This document shows, in pieces, positions 13,301 through 24,884 of a stretch of 40,285 nt of DNA. Below the pieces are notes generated by a model. The model was given only the letters and a program-made list of their open reading frames with translations, searched no databases and was not told where the DNA came from. Within the stretch, counting starts at the first letter, position 1; each line of letters opens with the position of its first letter. The position numbers were made by a program, and so were the translations under genes. Origin of the DNA: Thraustochytrium aureum (Eukaryota); contig BLSG01000180.1 in NCBI GenBank assembly GCA_012862495.1, positions 161,020-201,304 on the forward strand, in the 5' to 3' direction.

Positions 13301-14904
13301 GCATGTGCGGCTTGAGCAAGTCGGCGGCGACGGGGATGACGCGGCGTGTGACTCGCTCGTACTCTTTGAGGGCGTACTGGAGGTCGTTGTAGTAGCTCTT
13401 GAACTTTGCCTCCTGCAGCAGCACGATCTTGGCCGACTCGGGGATGTCGATGCCCATGCGGTCAAGGCACTTTGCCTCGCGGATGAGCTGCAAGATCTCC
13501 TGGTCAAAGTTGACGTAGAGGCGGTCGTCGTCCGGGTGGCGGATGATGAGCGTGGCCTGGAGGCCTGCCTTGGCGGTCTCGATGCTCTGCTGCCAGGCCT
13601 GGAACCAGAGGTACTCGAACGCGACCAGGGTGCGCGCGACCTTGTTGTAGGTCTTGATGATGCGCTTGGCGTCCTTGGTGCTGAGCACGTTCTGGTTGCT
13701 CTCGAACTTCTTCATGGGCTCCTCGATGCGCTTGAGCAGGTGGCGCGACCACATGATGTTGCCGCTGACGGGCGGCAGGTTTCGCGGGATGGGCGGGGCG
13801 TGCTTGTGCTTTTCGTAGAGCTGCTGCACGACCTCGAGCTCGAGCCCGTAGTTTTGGAAGATGATGTTGAACTTGGAGTCGAGGTCCGCCTTGAGGTTTT
13901 CCCGCTGCAGGATGGCCTGGAACTTTTTGAGGAGGTTGAGCGAGTTTTCGATCGAGGTGATGCGCTCGAACGAGTCGTTGATGAACTGCTGCAGCGAGGT
14001 CTCTAGGTCGGAGATGGCCACGTTGAACTCGACGTAGTCGCGGTCGAACTTGTTGTTGTGGTAGTCGAGCAGGTCGTGGTTCTTGCGGCGAAACTCGGTA
14101 ATAATGGCCTGGAATTGGTCGGTGAGCGCCTCCATGCCCTCAAGCTTGTGGTTTGCCAGCGCGCGGAACTGATGGATCGTGCTGAACATGTCGATGAGCT
14201 TGATGACGCGGCGGCAGAACAGGTCGAACTTGCCGAAGATCTGCTGCTCGCTAAAGTCGAACTGCTTGCCCTTGGGCATGGTAAGCAGTTTGTCTTTGGT
14301 GAGCCGATAGTTTTCCTGGTACGAGTCGTTGAGCTTGAGGCACGCCTCCAGGTTGGCGACCAGGGTTTCGGGGTCCTGCGACCACAGGTCAGGGCTCGGG
14401 GCCAGGATGCAGGCCTTGCAGTTGGTGATCATTTGGTTGGTGATCTTGCTGAACAGGTTGGTCATGCGCTCCGTCGTGTTGTAGTAGCGCGCGATGGTGT
14501 GGATCATCTTGATCGAGTTCATGAGCGCCGGCAGCGTGTCCACGATGCTGCCCGGGGTGCCCGAGTAGAGCGGCTCGATGAACTTTTCCAGCGTGAAAAG
14601 GTACTTGACGTTGTCCTTGGCCTCGTTGGCCGCCTCGGTGATGTTGATGTCGATCTGCTTCCAGCGGCGGAGCAGGGAGAACACCTTTTGCCTGTTGGAG
14701 TCTTGCGGGTTTTTCGTGAGGCTTGACAGCACCCCGATCACGGTCTTGCAGTCTTTGGTTTTGAGCTGCTCGGTGATGCTGGTCAGGCGCTGCATGCGGC
14801 GGCGCCAGGCCTCGAGCTCGGTCATGGGGCCGGCGTCCGCCGAGGTGCTGCCCTCGTACACGTCGCTGTTGCCTTCGAGGTAGCCCTCGATCTGGTTGCA
14901 CCAC
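1311..14904 (-). CDS. Axonemal outer-arm dynein heavy chain, gamma (Chlamydomonas ODA2 / vertebrate DNAH5-DNAH8 class); 5' end in gap; two apparent frameshifts at ~8770 and ~8703
   Basis: Tail motifs GPMTELEAWRRR and ARYYNTTERMTNLFSKITNQMI; linker FPRFYFVSN. P-loops are AAA1 GPAGTGKT (with GLWGCFDEFNR), AAA2 GPAGGGKT, AAA3 GGSGTAKT and AAA4 GVGGSGKQ. Stalk coiled coil and IDPQGQ follow, and the C-terminus is HWVLRGVACLC. Assembled from ORFs 8721-14861, 5993-8695 and 1311-5835. Confidence 0.95.
5836..5992. other. Assembly gap (N). Other gaps: 14905-15656, 18516-19274, 24282-24574, 26107-26308, 29961-30425, 32969-33759, 35383-36110, 37635-38123
   Basis: Runs of N. They hide the 5' ends of the dynein, Gln-rich, helicase and importin-like genes and most of the SLC25 gene. 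Confidence 0.99.
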
Positions 14905-17900
14905 NNNNNNNNNNNNNNNNNNNNNNNNNNNNNNNNNNNNNNNNNNNNNNNNNNNNNNNNNNNNNNNNNNNNNNNNNNNNNNNNNNNNNNNNNNNNNNNN
15001 NNNNNNNNNNNNNNNNNNNNNNNNNNNNNNNNNNNNNNNNNNNNNNNNNNNNNNNNNNNNNNNNNNNNNNNNNNNNNNNNNNNNNNNNNNNNNNNNNNNN
15101 NNNNNNNNNNNNNNNNNNNNNNNNNNNNNNNNNNNNNNNNNNNNNNNNNNNNNNNNNNNNNNNNNNNNNNNNNNNNNNNNNNNNNNNNNNNNNNNNNNNN
15201 NNNNNNNNNNNNNNNNNNNNNNNNNNNNNNNNNNNNNNNNNNNNNNNNNNNNNNNNNNNNNNNNNNNNNNNNNNNNNNNNNNNNNNNNNNNNNNNNNNNN
15301 NNNNNNNNNNNNNNNNNNNNNNNNNNNNNNNNNNNNNNNNNNNNNNNNNNNNNNNNNNNNNNNNNNNNNNNNNNNNNNNNNNNNNNNNNNNNNNNNNNNN
15401 NNNNNNNNNNNNNNNNNNNNNNNNNNNNNNNNNNNNNNNNNNNNNNNNNNNNNNNNNNNNNNNNNNNNNNNNNNNNNNNNNNNNNNNNNNNNNNNNNNNN
15501 NNNNNNNNNNNNNNNNNNNNNNNNNNNNNNNNNNNNNNNNNNNNNNNNNNNNNNNNNNNNNNNNNNNNNNNNNNNNNNNNNNNNNNNNNNNNNNNNNNNN
15601 NNNNNNNNNNNNNNNNNNNNNNNNNNNNNNNNNNNNNNNNNNNNNNNNNNNNNNNNTAGAGGTTAGGCAGCGGCGTCTCGCAAGGCAGCTTGCTGGAGAG
15701 GGCCCAGTGATTGATTGCCGGTGAACCAGAGCTTTGCTCGTAGAAGAGCATGAGAATACACGAAGGAATGGCATGCATCGTGCGCTGCTCTGTTCTGCTC
15801 GCCGCGGGCGCTGCTGTCGCAATATTCATGCGTCGCACCTGGTTCCAAGGCAGGTGTCGGCTCGGCAGTCCAAAGCCGACGCTGCCCGACGTCGAGCTCT
15901 GGTCTGCTTGGCAGCACCACGTCCTTGACAGCACAGCACCGAGCTGGGTGTCGCTGTCAAAGGCCCTCCTTGCCCACGTCTGTGATGTCTCGGAGCTGCA
16001 TTTTCGGTGGTGTGGTGTGTGAGCGCGAGTCCCGGGCCGCCCACGACGCGGTGACCTGTAGCCCGCAGAAGGGAGTCTACCTATTCCCGCAAGGTCAACT
16101 GGGCCTGCAACGCGGTCGTTGAAAGGAAAAGGAAAAGAATAAACAACTCGATTGCTGAACGGCCGTTGTCGTTTCATTGCCCCAGTTTTTTGGCCGGGCT
16201 CGGAGCGCCGAGCATATCCGAAAGTCGGTTCCAACTCCCGAGCGACGGAGCAACTGATCTCCACAACGACGGCCGGAACGCCGAACGGGAACCCGGACGG
16301 CTTGCGCCCTCCGTCGCGAAAGCACGAGCGCCGCAGTCGACGAATCGCGCGTTGGTTCCTACTTGCAGATGCGCGATTTGTCTCGGAGGATCTCGCGTGC
16401 GAGGCTGTTTCACTGCCGTGGTTTCACTGCGGAGGTGGCCGTGAAGTCGAGCAGCTGAAACCCGGCCGGTGTTGCAGGCTTGAAGCACTTGCTGCAGCAT
16501 CGCCGAGAGCTTGTCTGTTCTTTAGAAGGAATGATGTCGTCCGCCTTGCGCGCCCGCCTCGTGCTCGCTGGAGCTGTGGCCTCAAGTTGGAACCCCTTGG
16601 CACCTCCTTGGAGGCAGTTTCGCCGTGACCTCCCGGATGATTGGTTGCTGGGGCGCACGTTGTGTCCCTCCGAGTCGAGGCACGCCCACAAAAACTGTTA
16701 CAGGATAACCCTCTCGGCGCACGGAAAGAAGAAAGGAACATTTTCGGGAAGTAGAGGTCAGGAGATTGATTCTTGCCTCCCCGCGACTACTTGTAAATGC
16801 TAAGTTTGAGTCTTGGTTTCGCTCCCGCGCAACAGAGCTCGTTGAACTGCCTCCTTGGGCGGTCAGGAGCCCGCACTCGCGGGTGATACACATGGAGGAG
16901 GCCAAATGAGAGCTTGTTGCGACATAGCCAGTGCCGCTCAACACACTTTAGTATCGTGAAGCAGCAAGCAACAAAAGTGCTGGAATGGCAAAAAAAACGA
17001 GAATTCCGAACTTAGCCAGCAAGCAGTGGCTCTCCCTGGCAGACCGGCCGTTCGGGCCACATGGCGTGCAGACGATCCTTGCGCCCGCGCCGTGACGGTG
17101 GCGTCTGCCCTTGCAGCGATTGCGCCAGACTCCTGAGGCTGACGAGCCGATAACGCCGAAGGCAATTCCCAAGCGCTCTGACACATCGAGTACTTCAAGA
17201 GTGAATGATTGGCGGGCTGCAATCTCTTTGATCTTGCGGTGATGAGTCTTAGTTGCCACCGTGATGGGTGAGAGCGAGGCGCATCTGCTTTCCGCAGCCC
17301 GCGGCAACCGAACCGAGATCTCAGAATGCGGCGAGCGCGGCGGTGGTCGGCGCTCCTGTCGGCACTCCAGTCGGCACCATCTGCGTCTGCCAAGAAGCAA
17401 GGATTGGCCTTGGCTGGATTTTCGCTGGGAGAGCTTTTCGCAAGAAAAGAGCAAAGAGTAGTAGAGTAAGTATGATTGATCCTGCACTCCTTTTCTCACG
17501 GATGCACGAATCGACCTCGACTCACAGAGACACTTGACTGCGCTGATGGCGGCCAATACTCGCTCCGCTCCTGCCACTGTGAGCACCAGCAAAACATCGA
17601 CGGGAAAAAAAAAGAAAAAAGGGGAAAAGAAAAGCCAGAAGAAGAATTCAAACTCAAATCAAAAAATCTTGATCATGATGATCCTCAAAAACCAAAACAA
17701 ATCAGCGATGGGGGGCACCGTACCCGTGCCAACCCATCCTCGCAGCGCCGGCAGATCCCACTATCCCCAGTACTACCATCCTTTACGCAACTACTACGTC
17801 GCGAAGAAACCTTTGGGCTTACTACCGCCACACGTATCCGCGCTACGTGCTGAATGACCCCTAAGGGGTTCTCCGATGAACGTGAATGCCAGCCATCCAC

Positions 17901-18439
17901 ACGGACCAAACGTGTGAGCCACCAGAGGGGCACGCAAAGCCAGCAGCAAAGGAAAAAAAAGCGAGCACGAACAAAACGAACCCCTTCCACTTGGAGAAGG
18001 GGGAAAAAAGCGCGTGAGCGAGTCTCACGTTGCAAGCAAGCGGGCGATTCCTCGCGTTCAAACCGCAGTCCAGGAGGAAGAAGGACGGATACTACTCGTG
18101 CTCACAGGAATCAAACTCCAGGCTGACACGCCTGTAAAGGCCTCCCCTTCTTTCCATCTCCATCCCATCTCCATCCTTCCATCCTTCCATCCATTCTAAT
18201 GTTCTTTCTTTTTCTCCACCTTCCTTTCGCTCCCTCAAAGTCTGTCTCCCAGTCGCTCGCTCTCTCTGCAGCGCGATAGCTCATCATCAGTGAGCAAGCT
18301 CCGAGTCCGCACTGAGTCGTCGTTAGGTAACTTAGGTTATACCAGCCTCCTTCCTGCGTAGGCTCCGCGTGAGGTCGTCCGGAGTGGGTCCGTGAGCTAG
18401 GAGTGCCTGCGTGAGAGGGCGAGCGCCTGCGAGAGAGCG

Positions 18440-18515
18440 AGCGTGCGTGAGTGAGTGACTCGGCGTGAGTGAGTGGGTGAGTGAGTGAGTGACTGAGAGA
18501 GTGAGAGAGAGAGGG
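18440..18515. repeat. (GAGT)n/(GA)n-rich microsatellite abutting a gap
   Basis: gtgagtgagt...gagagagagag directly before the N-run at 18516. Confidence 0.9.
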
Positions 18516-19274
18516 NNNNNNNNNNNNNNNNNNNNNNNNNNNNNNNNNNNNNNNNNNNNNNNNNNNNNNNNNNNNNNNNNNNNNNNNNNNNNNNNNNNNN
18601 NNNNNNNNNNNNNNNNNNNNNNNNNNNNNNNNNNNNNNNNNNNNNNNNNNNNNNNNNNNNNNNNNNNNNNNNNNNNNNNNNNNNNNNNNNNNNNNNNNNN
18701 NNNNNNNNNNNNNNNNNNNNNNNNNNNNNNNNNNNNNNNNNNNNNNNNNNNNNNNNNNNNNNNNNNNNNNNNNNNNNNNNNNNNNNNNNNNNNNNNNNNN
18801 NNNNNNNNNNNNNNNNNNNNNNNNNNNNNNNNNNNNNNNNNNNNNNNNNNNNNNNNNNNNNNNNNNNNNNNNNNNNNNNNNNNNNNNNNNNNNNNNNNNN
18901 NNNNNNNNNNNNNNNNNNNNNNNNNNNNNNNNNNNNNNNNNNNNNNNNNNNNNNNNNNNNNNNNNNNNNNNNNNNNNNNNNNNNNNNNNNNNNNNNNNNN
19001 NNNNNNNNNNNNNNNNNNNNNNNNNNNNNNNNNNNNNNNNNNNNNNNNNNNNNNNNNNNNNNNNNNNNNNNNNNNNNNNNNNNNNNNNNNNNNNNNNNNN
19101 NNNNNNNNNNNNNNNNNNNNNNNNNNNNNNNNNNNNNNNNNNNNNNNNNNNNNNNNNNNNNNNNNNNNNNNNNNNNNNNNNNNNNNNNNNNNNNNNNNNN
19201 NNNNNNNNNNNNNNNNNNNNNNNNNNNNNNNNNNNNNNNNNNNNNNNNNNNNNNNNNNNNNNNNNNNNNNNNNN

Positions 19275-21454
19275 CTGCAGATGCAAGAGTCTCGCGCGCA
19301 AAGCTCAAGTCCATCGTCGTCGAAGGCGCCGCCCGCCTCCTCAACTACCGCGCGGTGCAGAAGCGAACGCCACCGCGCCCGGACGGCGCCCCAGGCCAGG
19401 CTGTGGGCGCCTTTGTGCTGCCGCCGCGGCCCCCATCGCTGCCACTGGCCGGCGCACCTTCTCGATCAAATACGGCGCAGGCGCATCCTGCCGGCTTGCG
19501 ACAGAGGGCTTTGCCGGCCCCCGCGCCAGTCGCTTCGGGAAGCCACCTCGCGCCCTCAGGAGCCGCGCAGCCTGGCAACTACGCGCCGCCGCCGCCGCCG
19601 CCGCCTGCTGGGCAATTTGGCGGGCCGTTCCCGCACGGCTTGCTCGTGCCGAATGGGAGACACGCAGACGGAAGCGGCGCCGGGATGATCCCCGCCAGTG
19701 TGTCGGTGCAAGGATTTTCCAACAACCACGGCCTGGCGCAGTTCCCGTCCCATTTGATGCCGACGACTCCGAACGCGCTATCGGCCGCCGCCCTCTCCCC
19801 CGCGGGGCCCAACAGCTTCCACAACGAGGCTGGACAAGGCGGCTCTATCCCCGGTGCTGGAAACGGCGGGTTTATCCAATCCAAGCAAGATGGTAGCATC
19901 CAGCCACGTCAGGAGACCGCCAGCAGCCACGGCCTGCTCCCTGGAGGCGGCGCTAGTGCAGCCCGTCGCGCATCGGGCCCTGGACTTCATATCTCGGGCG
20001 GGCAGTCAGGCGAGCAGGGCGGGTCGGCGATAAGCCCTGGTTCAGTACAGCAGCAGCTTTTCGGCCACCGCAGCCAGCACGGCCCCGCGCAGCAACGGGC
20101 GGCGCAGCAGGTGCAGCAACATCACGTGCAGCAGCAGGCACACCAACAGCAGGCGCGTCATCAGCAACGACGCAGCGATACGCAGCAGTCGGCAATGCAT
20201 CAGCCGCGAGTTCTCGGCCAGGGTCCTGGGCAAGCCGCCCTCGGGGGTCATGGGGGCCAAGTTTCAACTGCGCCGCAGTCGCACGGGCAGCAGCCCCAGG
20301 CGATTTCTATTGCGCACGGCGCGCATGCGCAACACCAGTACCACTTGCAGCACGCTCATCTCCAGCAAGCCCAGCAGGCCCATCCGCATCACCAGCACTT
20401 TCAGCAGCAGCCGCACCAGCAGCCGCACCAGCAGCCGCACCAGCAACCGCACCAGCAACAACAAAATCAGTTCTCTCATGGAGACCAGGGACGCCTTCGC
20501 CTTCCGCCCCAACATGCTCAACACAACTATAGTCCACTTCCGGAGCAACAACACCAGACACAGCAAGGCCTACACCACGAGGTCTCGCAACAACAGCTGC
20601 AACAACATGCGCAGTTGTACCAACAGGCAAGCACGCAGCACGGGCAAGATCAGGTTTACGCCAAGGGTTGGCAAACGCCTCCGAACGCTCAAGGAGGAGC
20701 ACCTCAATACCAGCCCCCTCAGCCCGCCAACAGCGCGTTCAACGGCGGCGCAATCGTCAACTCGGCACACGGGAGCGGCCAGTTGCCGTGGCAGGCGCAA
20801 GGCCAAGTGCCGCAAATGATTGTCCAACATTCGAACATCCTTCGCGCGAACGACACCCTCATCCAGATGGCAATGCAAGCCTTCAAGTCTCCGGACCAGT
20901 TTGCTGCCTGGCAAGCCGAGTGGGGGCCGCGCCTGAGCTCCCCGATGTTTTCCCAGACGTTCCAGGCCTGCCTGGAGATGATGGACCCGCGCCTCCATCG
21001 AGACTTTGTGTACCCGTCTGAGGGCCTCGACCACACGCGCCCTATTGCCGAGCTCTACCTCGAGTCCCCTTCGCGGTCGCAGCTCTTTGGAGGAGCGCGG
21101 GTCGTTGACTCCAACGAGGATTGCAAGCGCCTGTTTGGATGCGACCCCAAAGGCGAGGTCGGCTTTATGCGAAAGCGGTGCGATTCGGACATGCTGTTCC
21201 TTCTCTACACGCTGTCCAGGCTCTGCCGCTCGCCAAATTTCAGCATGTGCACGCAGGGAGTGTACCGGTCCATGGAGGACCGGCGCATGATCCTTCGAAT
21301 GCAGCTAGAACTCGTGCACGAGACGACATCCAGCCGGGTTTTGCGGGTGCAGATGCAGGATTTTTCGCACCTCTACGGTCACATCCTCGCGCTTGCGCCC
21401 ATCACCGAGATTCGGCCGCCATCGCACTTGCTCGCTGCGCCGCAATACATCTAG
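19275..21454 (+). CDS. Uncharacterised Gln/His/Pro-rich protein with C-terminal PAS-like domain; putative transcriptional regulator; 5' end in gap
   Basis: The frame of ORF 19355-21454 stays open back to the gap (DARVSRAKLKSIVVEGAARLLNYRAVQK). A long Q/H/P/G low-complexity tract includes (QQPH)x4 at ~20402-20455. A globular C-terminal ~200 aa contains the PAS-like VVDSNEDCKRLFGCDPKGEVG and RVLRVQMQDFS. Confidence 0.8.
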
Positions 21455-21906
21455 AGTCTCCTCCGAGACCCTCTGGGCTTTGCTCCTCGCAGAAGCCCGC
21501 GCGAGCCCATCTTTGCTACACTACGGAGTTGCAGCGGCATCAATCTCAGAACTTTCACCACCACAGCAACAACGCAAGGCGTCGACGACCCTGACGGTCG
21601 CCGTGACGACACCAATAACCAACACCCCTGCACGGACTTTAGATTTAGAAAAAATTACCTCGGCTTTACCTCGCCTTCCCCCTGCGCCTCTCCCTCTCCG
21701 AGAACGTCGCGACACGAGGCGAGCAAGTCGCAGCAGCGCAGGAAGCAAACTAGCTCGCTCCACCGTACGCGGACGTTCTCAGCATTACAAATCGTCGATT
21801 GTCGGTCGACAATCACCTCGCGCCAAACTCTCCCGAGTTGTTGCATGGACCAACCCGCAGCCGCGAGTGCCCGGCGCGCGAAACGGCGGCGATGGCTATG
21901 GGTTGG

Positions 21907-23295
21907 CTATGGGTTGGGCTCCGCTGCGCGTGCCGCCGCGCCGCCGCTCTCGTCCGCAGCCGCGGGTGCCTGGTTGTCGACGCCTGCAGCGGGTGCCGCA
22001 ACTTGCTCGCCCTCGCTGGTTTCTTTCGGTGTCTTTGAGTTTTCAATTGCGTCTGCCACCGCTTGCTTGGCCCGCGACATGCCCTCCTTCGCGGTTGCGA
22101 TCGTCGCCTTGGCGTGTCGCAGCTGTGCCATAAGCAGCCGGATCTTGCCCATCATCTCGACGCGGAGGCTCTTTCCGATCGTTTTACTATCGGTACCCAT
22201 CAGCTTGAACTGCTCGTTCTGTCGTGCGAGCTGGGCCATCAGTTCCGTCACCTGCGCTTTCGCCTCGCGGAGCTGCACAGCAGCGGCCTTCTCTCGGCCC
22301 TTGGCCTTGAGCACCTCCCTGTCATTCATGTTTGGCAGCCCAGCCCGACTCCATGTGCGCTTTTCTGCGCCTCCTTGCCGCGCCGCGCCGCCTTTGCCGA
22401 CGGTGCCACTCGAGCTCGCTGCCGTTCCCGGGCGGCCGGGCGCCTTCGTGGTGCTCAAGTCGATGTTGGCGTACAAGCCTGTCGAGTTTGTGGAGCTGGT
22501 TTGCGCCGCGGTTGCGACGGCAGAGGCGTCAGCGCTCGCGGCGACTTGTGCGGCTGCAGTCCCTTCGTCTCCAGCAGCAAGTGCGGCTGCGGCGCTTGGA
22601 CCGGGAGCCTTGCCCGCCGAGCCATCCGCGCCCGCAACCCCAGCAGCTGGAGGGGCCGCAGCCACGTACTGCCGCGTGGGGCACTTCACGGCGCTCAAAC
22701 GCGCGGCCTTGCGCGCCTGCGCGTCCGCGTGGTTAGCTAGGTCGTTTACGCGGAAGAGCCGAATCGACTTGTCCTTGAGCACGGGAGCACGGTTCACGAA
22801 CGCGCGATGAGCGGCAGCTCGGTCCTCAAACTGTACAAACGCATCCGTCTCGCCGTCTGCCACAGTTACTCTGACCACGTTGCCGTATCGAGCAAAGTGC
22901 GTCTGGACGGCGTTCTCGCTGCGCAGCGCCGGCGGGAGCGGGCCGATCATCACTGTCAACGACGCCATCACCCCAGAGGCGGCCTTCGCATTCGCCTGCG
23001 CCCTGCCCGGAACAACAGGCCCCGCCTTCTGGCTCAGCGCGCTCATCAGCGCGCTCAGGTCCTGCCCAGGCCCTGCGCCGCTTTCTCCAGTCTCGGACGC
23101 TTCCACTTTGGCCGCGGCGCCAAACTTGGCCCACCCCGTCGCCGTCGCCGCCTGCTCCACATGATCCTCCTCCTGCTCATCGACCTCCTGCGCCTGTTCC
23201 TGCCGTCCGCCAGCGTCCTCCGCCGCGGGCGCAACGGGCTCGTCCTCGCCGCCGAAGTCGAGGTACTCGCCGAGGTCCTCCGCGCTTCCTGCCAT
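21907..23295 (-). CDS. RRM-containing protein, RBM26/RBM27-like RRM followed by coiled coil (462 aa)
   Basis: ATG at 23295 (MAGSAEDLGEYLDFGG). RRM VMIGPLPPALRSENAVQTHFARYGNVVRVTV..DAFVQFEDRAAAHRAF.NRAPVLKDKSIRLF, then an Ala-rich linker and a heptad-rich helix. The upstream extension given in the ORF track crosses a (GGAT)n repeat and is probably non-coding. Confidence 0.8.
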   Translation of the reverse strand: MAGSAEDLGEYLDFGGEDEPVAPAAEDAGGRQEQAQEVDEQEEDHVEQAATATGWAKFGAAAKVEASETGESGAGPGQDLSALMSALSQKAGPVVPGRAQANAKAASGVMASLTVMIGPLPPALRSENAVQTHFARYGNVVRVTVADGETDAFVQFEDRAAAHRAFVNRAPVLKDKSIRLFRVNDLANHADAQARKAARLSAVKCPTRQYVAAAPPAAGVAGADGSAGKAPGPSAAAALAAGDEGTAAAQVAASADASAVATAAQTSSTNSTGLYANIDLSTTKAPGRPGTAASSSGTVGKGGAARQGGAEKRTWSRAGLPNMNDREVLKAKGREKAAAVQLREAKAQVTELMAQLARQNEQFKLMGTDSKTIGKSLRVEMMGKIRLLMAQLRHAKATIATAKEGMSRAKQAVADAIENSKTPKETSEGEQVAAPAAGVDNQAPAAADESGGAAARAAEPNP

Positions 23296-23441
23296 CCCGC
23301 CGCGCAACGCACGCCACGAGGTCAATCCTACTCGCAGACGCTCTCCGCCGCCGCCGGCCGCCGCGTTCAGAGTCTGCTGGCCGCCCACGCCGATGCCGAT
23401 GCGGTGCTGGCACGGGCGCGAGGACGATGGCTCGCACGGGA

Positions 23442-23477
23442 GGATGGATGGATGGATGGATGGATGGATGGATGGAT
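23442..23477. repeat. (GGAT)9 microsatellite
   Basis: Nine perfect tetranucleotide copies ~150 bp upstream of the RRM gene ATG. Confidence 0.95.
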
Positions 23478-24884
23478 GCACGCCAGCGATGGGCGGCCGG
23501 CCCGCGCCGGCAGGTGCCTGGATGTGGGCCGTGGAGGCGTTGCCGGCCCCTTCGACCACCCGCGGCGAGCCCGCTCGCGGCTCTCGAGGGCGCTGGTGGG
23601 TACGCGCTCGAGCTGGCGTTGACGCGGGGGCTGCGGCAAGGTCGGCCGGCTTGCGCTGCGCCACGTTCGCTTGGCCGTGGTCGCTCGCGAGCTCGGCCCG
23701 CGCATTGCAGGCATCACTGGTTGGTCCGGTGGCCGGGCGCGAGAGGGATGGAAAGGGGCGCGGCGTCGAGTTCAAGTTGGTGAGTCGCCACGGCTTGGCG
23801 TGTGCCGTCCCGTCCAACGCACCGACGGGGTCCAACCGCATGCACTGGTCGATCCACCTTCTCGTGGCGCGGATGGCAACCGGTTGGCCTCGCGGGCCCA
23901 GTCAGGCATTCTGCGACAGCGAGACCCACGATGGGCGCAAGCGCCAGGCGCGCGAGAACGTATCGGCCATGACCGACCGCGAGATCCCTGTCGACGTGCG
24001 AATCGACTTGACCCAATGCGCGGCTCTGCGGGCTGCCGCTACCTACGCGCTCGGGCTCGCACGAGCTCGTACCTAACTCGTGCAGAGAGCGCCTCAACCC
24101 GCAGACGTGCGTGCTAACCTGCAGGTGCTCGAGGAGGTACTGATCAGATCAGTACTCTACCTACTCTACCCAAGTACGCGCACGAGGCGAGTGCGCCTTG
24201 AGCCCGGCTGCTCGAAAGGATTGGCCATCACTTTACCGATCGCAATCGGCGCCTGTCGTCCCTGCACGGGTGGTAAACAGGNNNNNNNNNNNNNNNNNNN
24301 NNNNNNNNNNNNNNNNNNNNNNNNNNNNNNNNNNNNNNNNNNNNNNNNNNNNNNNNNNNNNNNNNNNNNNNNNNNNNNNNNNNNNNNNNNNNNNNNNNNN
24401 NNNNNNNNNNNNNNNNNNNNNNNNNNNNNNNNNNNNNNNNNNNNNNNNNNNNNNNNNNNNNNNNNNNNNNNNNNNNNNNNNNNNNNNNNNNNNNNNNNNN
24501 NNNNNNNNNNNNNNNNNNNNNNNNNNNNNNNNNNNNNNNNNNNNNNNNNNNNNNNNNNNNNNNNNNNNNNNNNNACGGCTTGCTCGGACGGCTTGCTCGT
24601 CGAGCGCAATGGGCGCTCTTCGTTTTGCTCGGAAGGTTTGTCGATGTGCGTCGAGCAAAAATCGACACACCAACACACAACGTGACTGACGCAAGGTGTG
24701 CTGGTGGACTTTTTTCTTGCTCGACGACGCGCAGACGCCTTTGAAGATCGTCGGAAGCCCGCAGAGGTTGTCGGAAGACGCCGACTGGCACACGCCGATC
24801 GCGATTCACGCGACGAAGCAAGCGATTGGCCGGGGCAAGGCTTGGCTGGCTGGACCCTGTTCGGGACGTTCTGAGCGCAAGAAG

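Noticed and set aside
9015..14726. Long plus-strand ORFs (e.g. 9015-11429, 804 aa) antisense to dynein
   Set aside because: These are shadow ORFs expected from strong GC3 codon bias, with no recognisable motifs. The same applies to ORFs antisense to the helicase, importin-like and OTC genes.
17534..17857. Lys-rich 107-aa ORF
   Set aside because: It arises from A-rich low-complexity DNA, its codon usage is unlike the real genes here, and it has no recognisable motif.
23872..24281. Short plus-strand ORF (MATGWPRG...) with a nearby branch/acceptor-like GCTAAC...CTGCAG
   Set aside because: No recognisable domain and no consistent exon chain before the gap, so support is insufficient.
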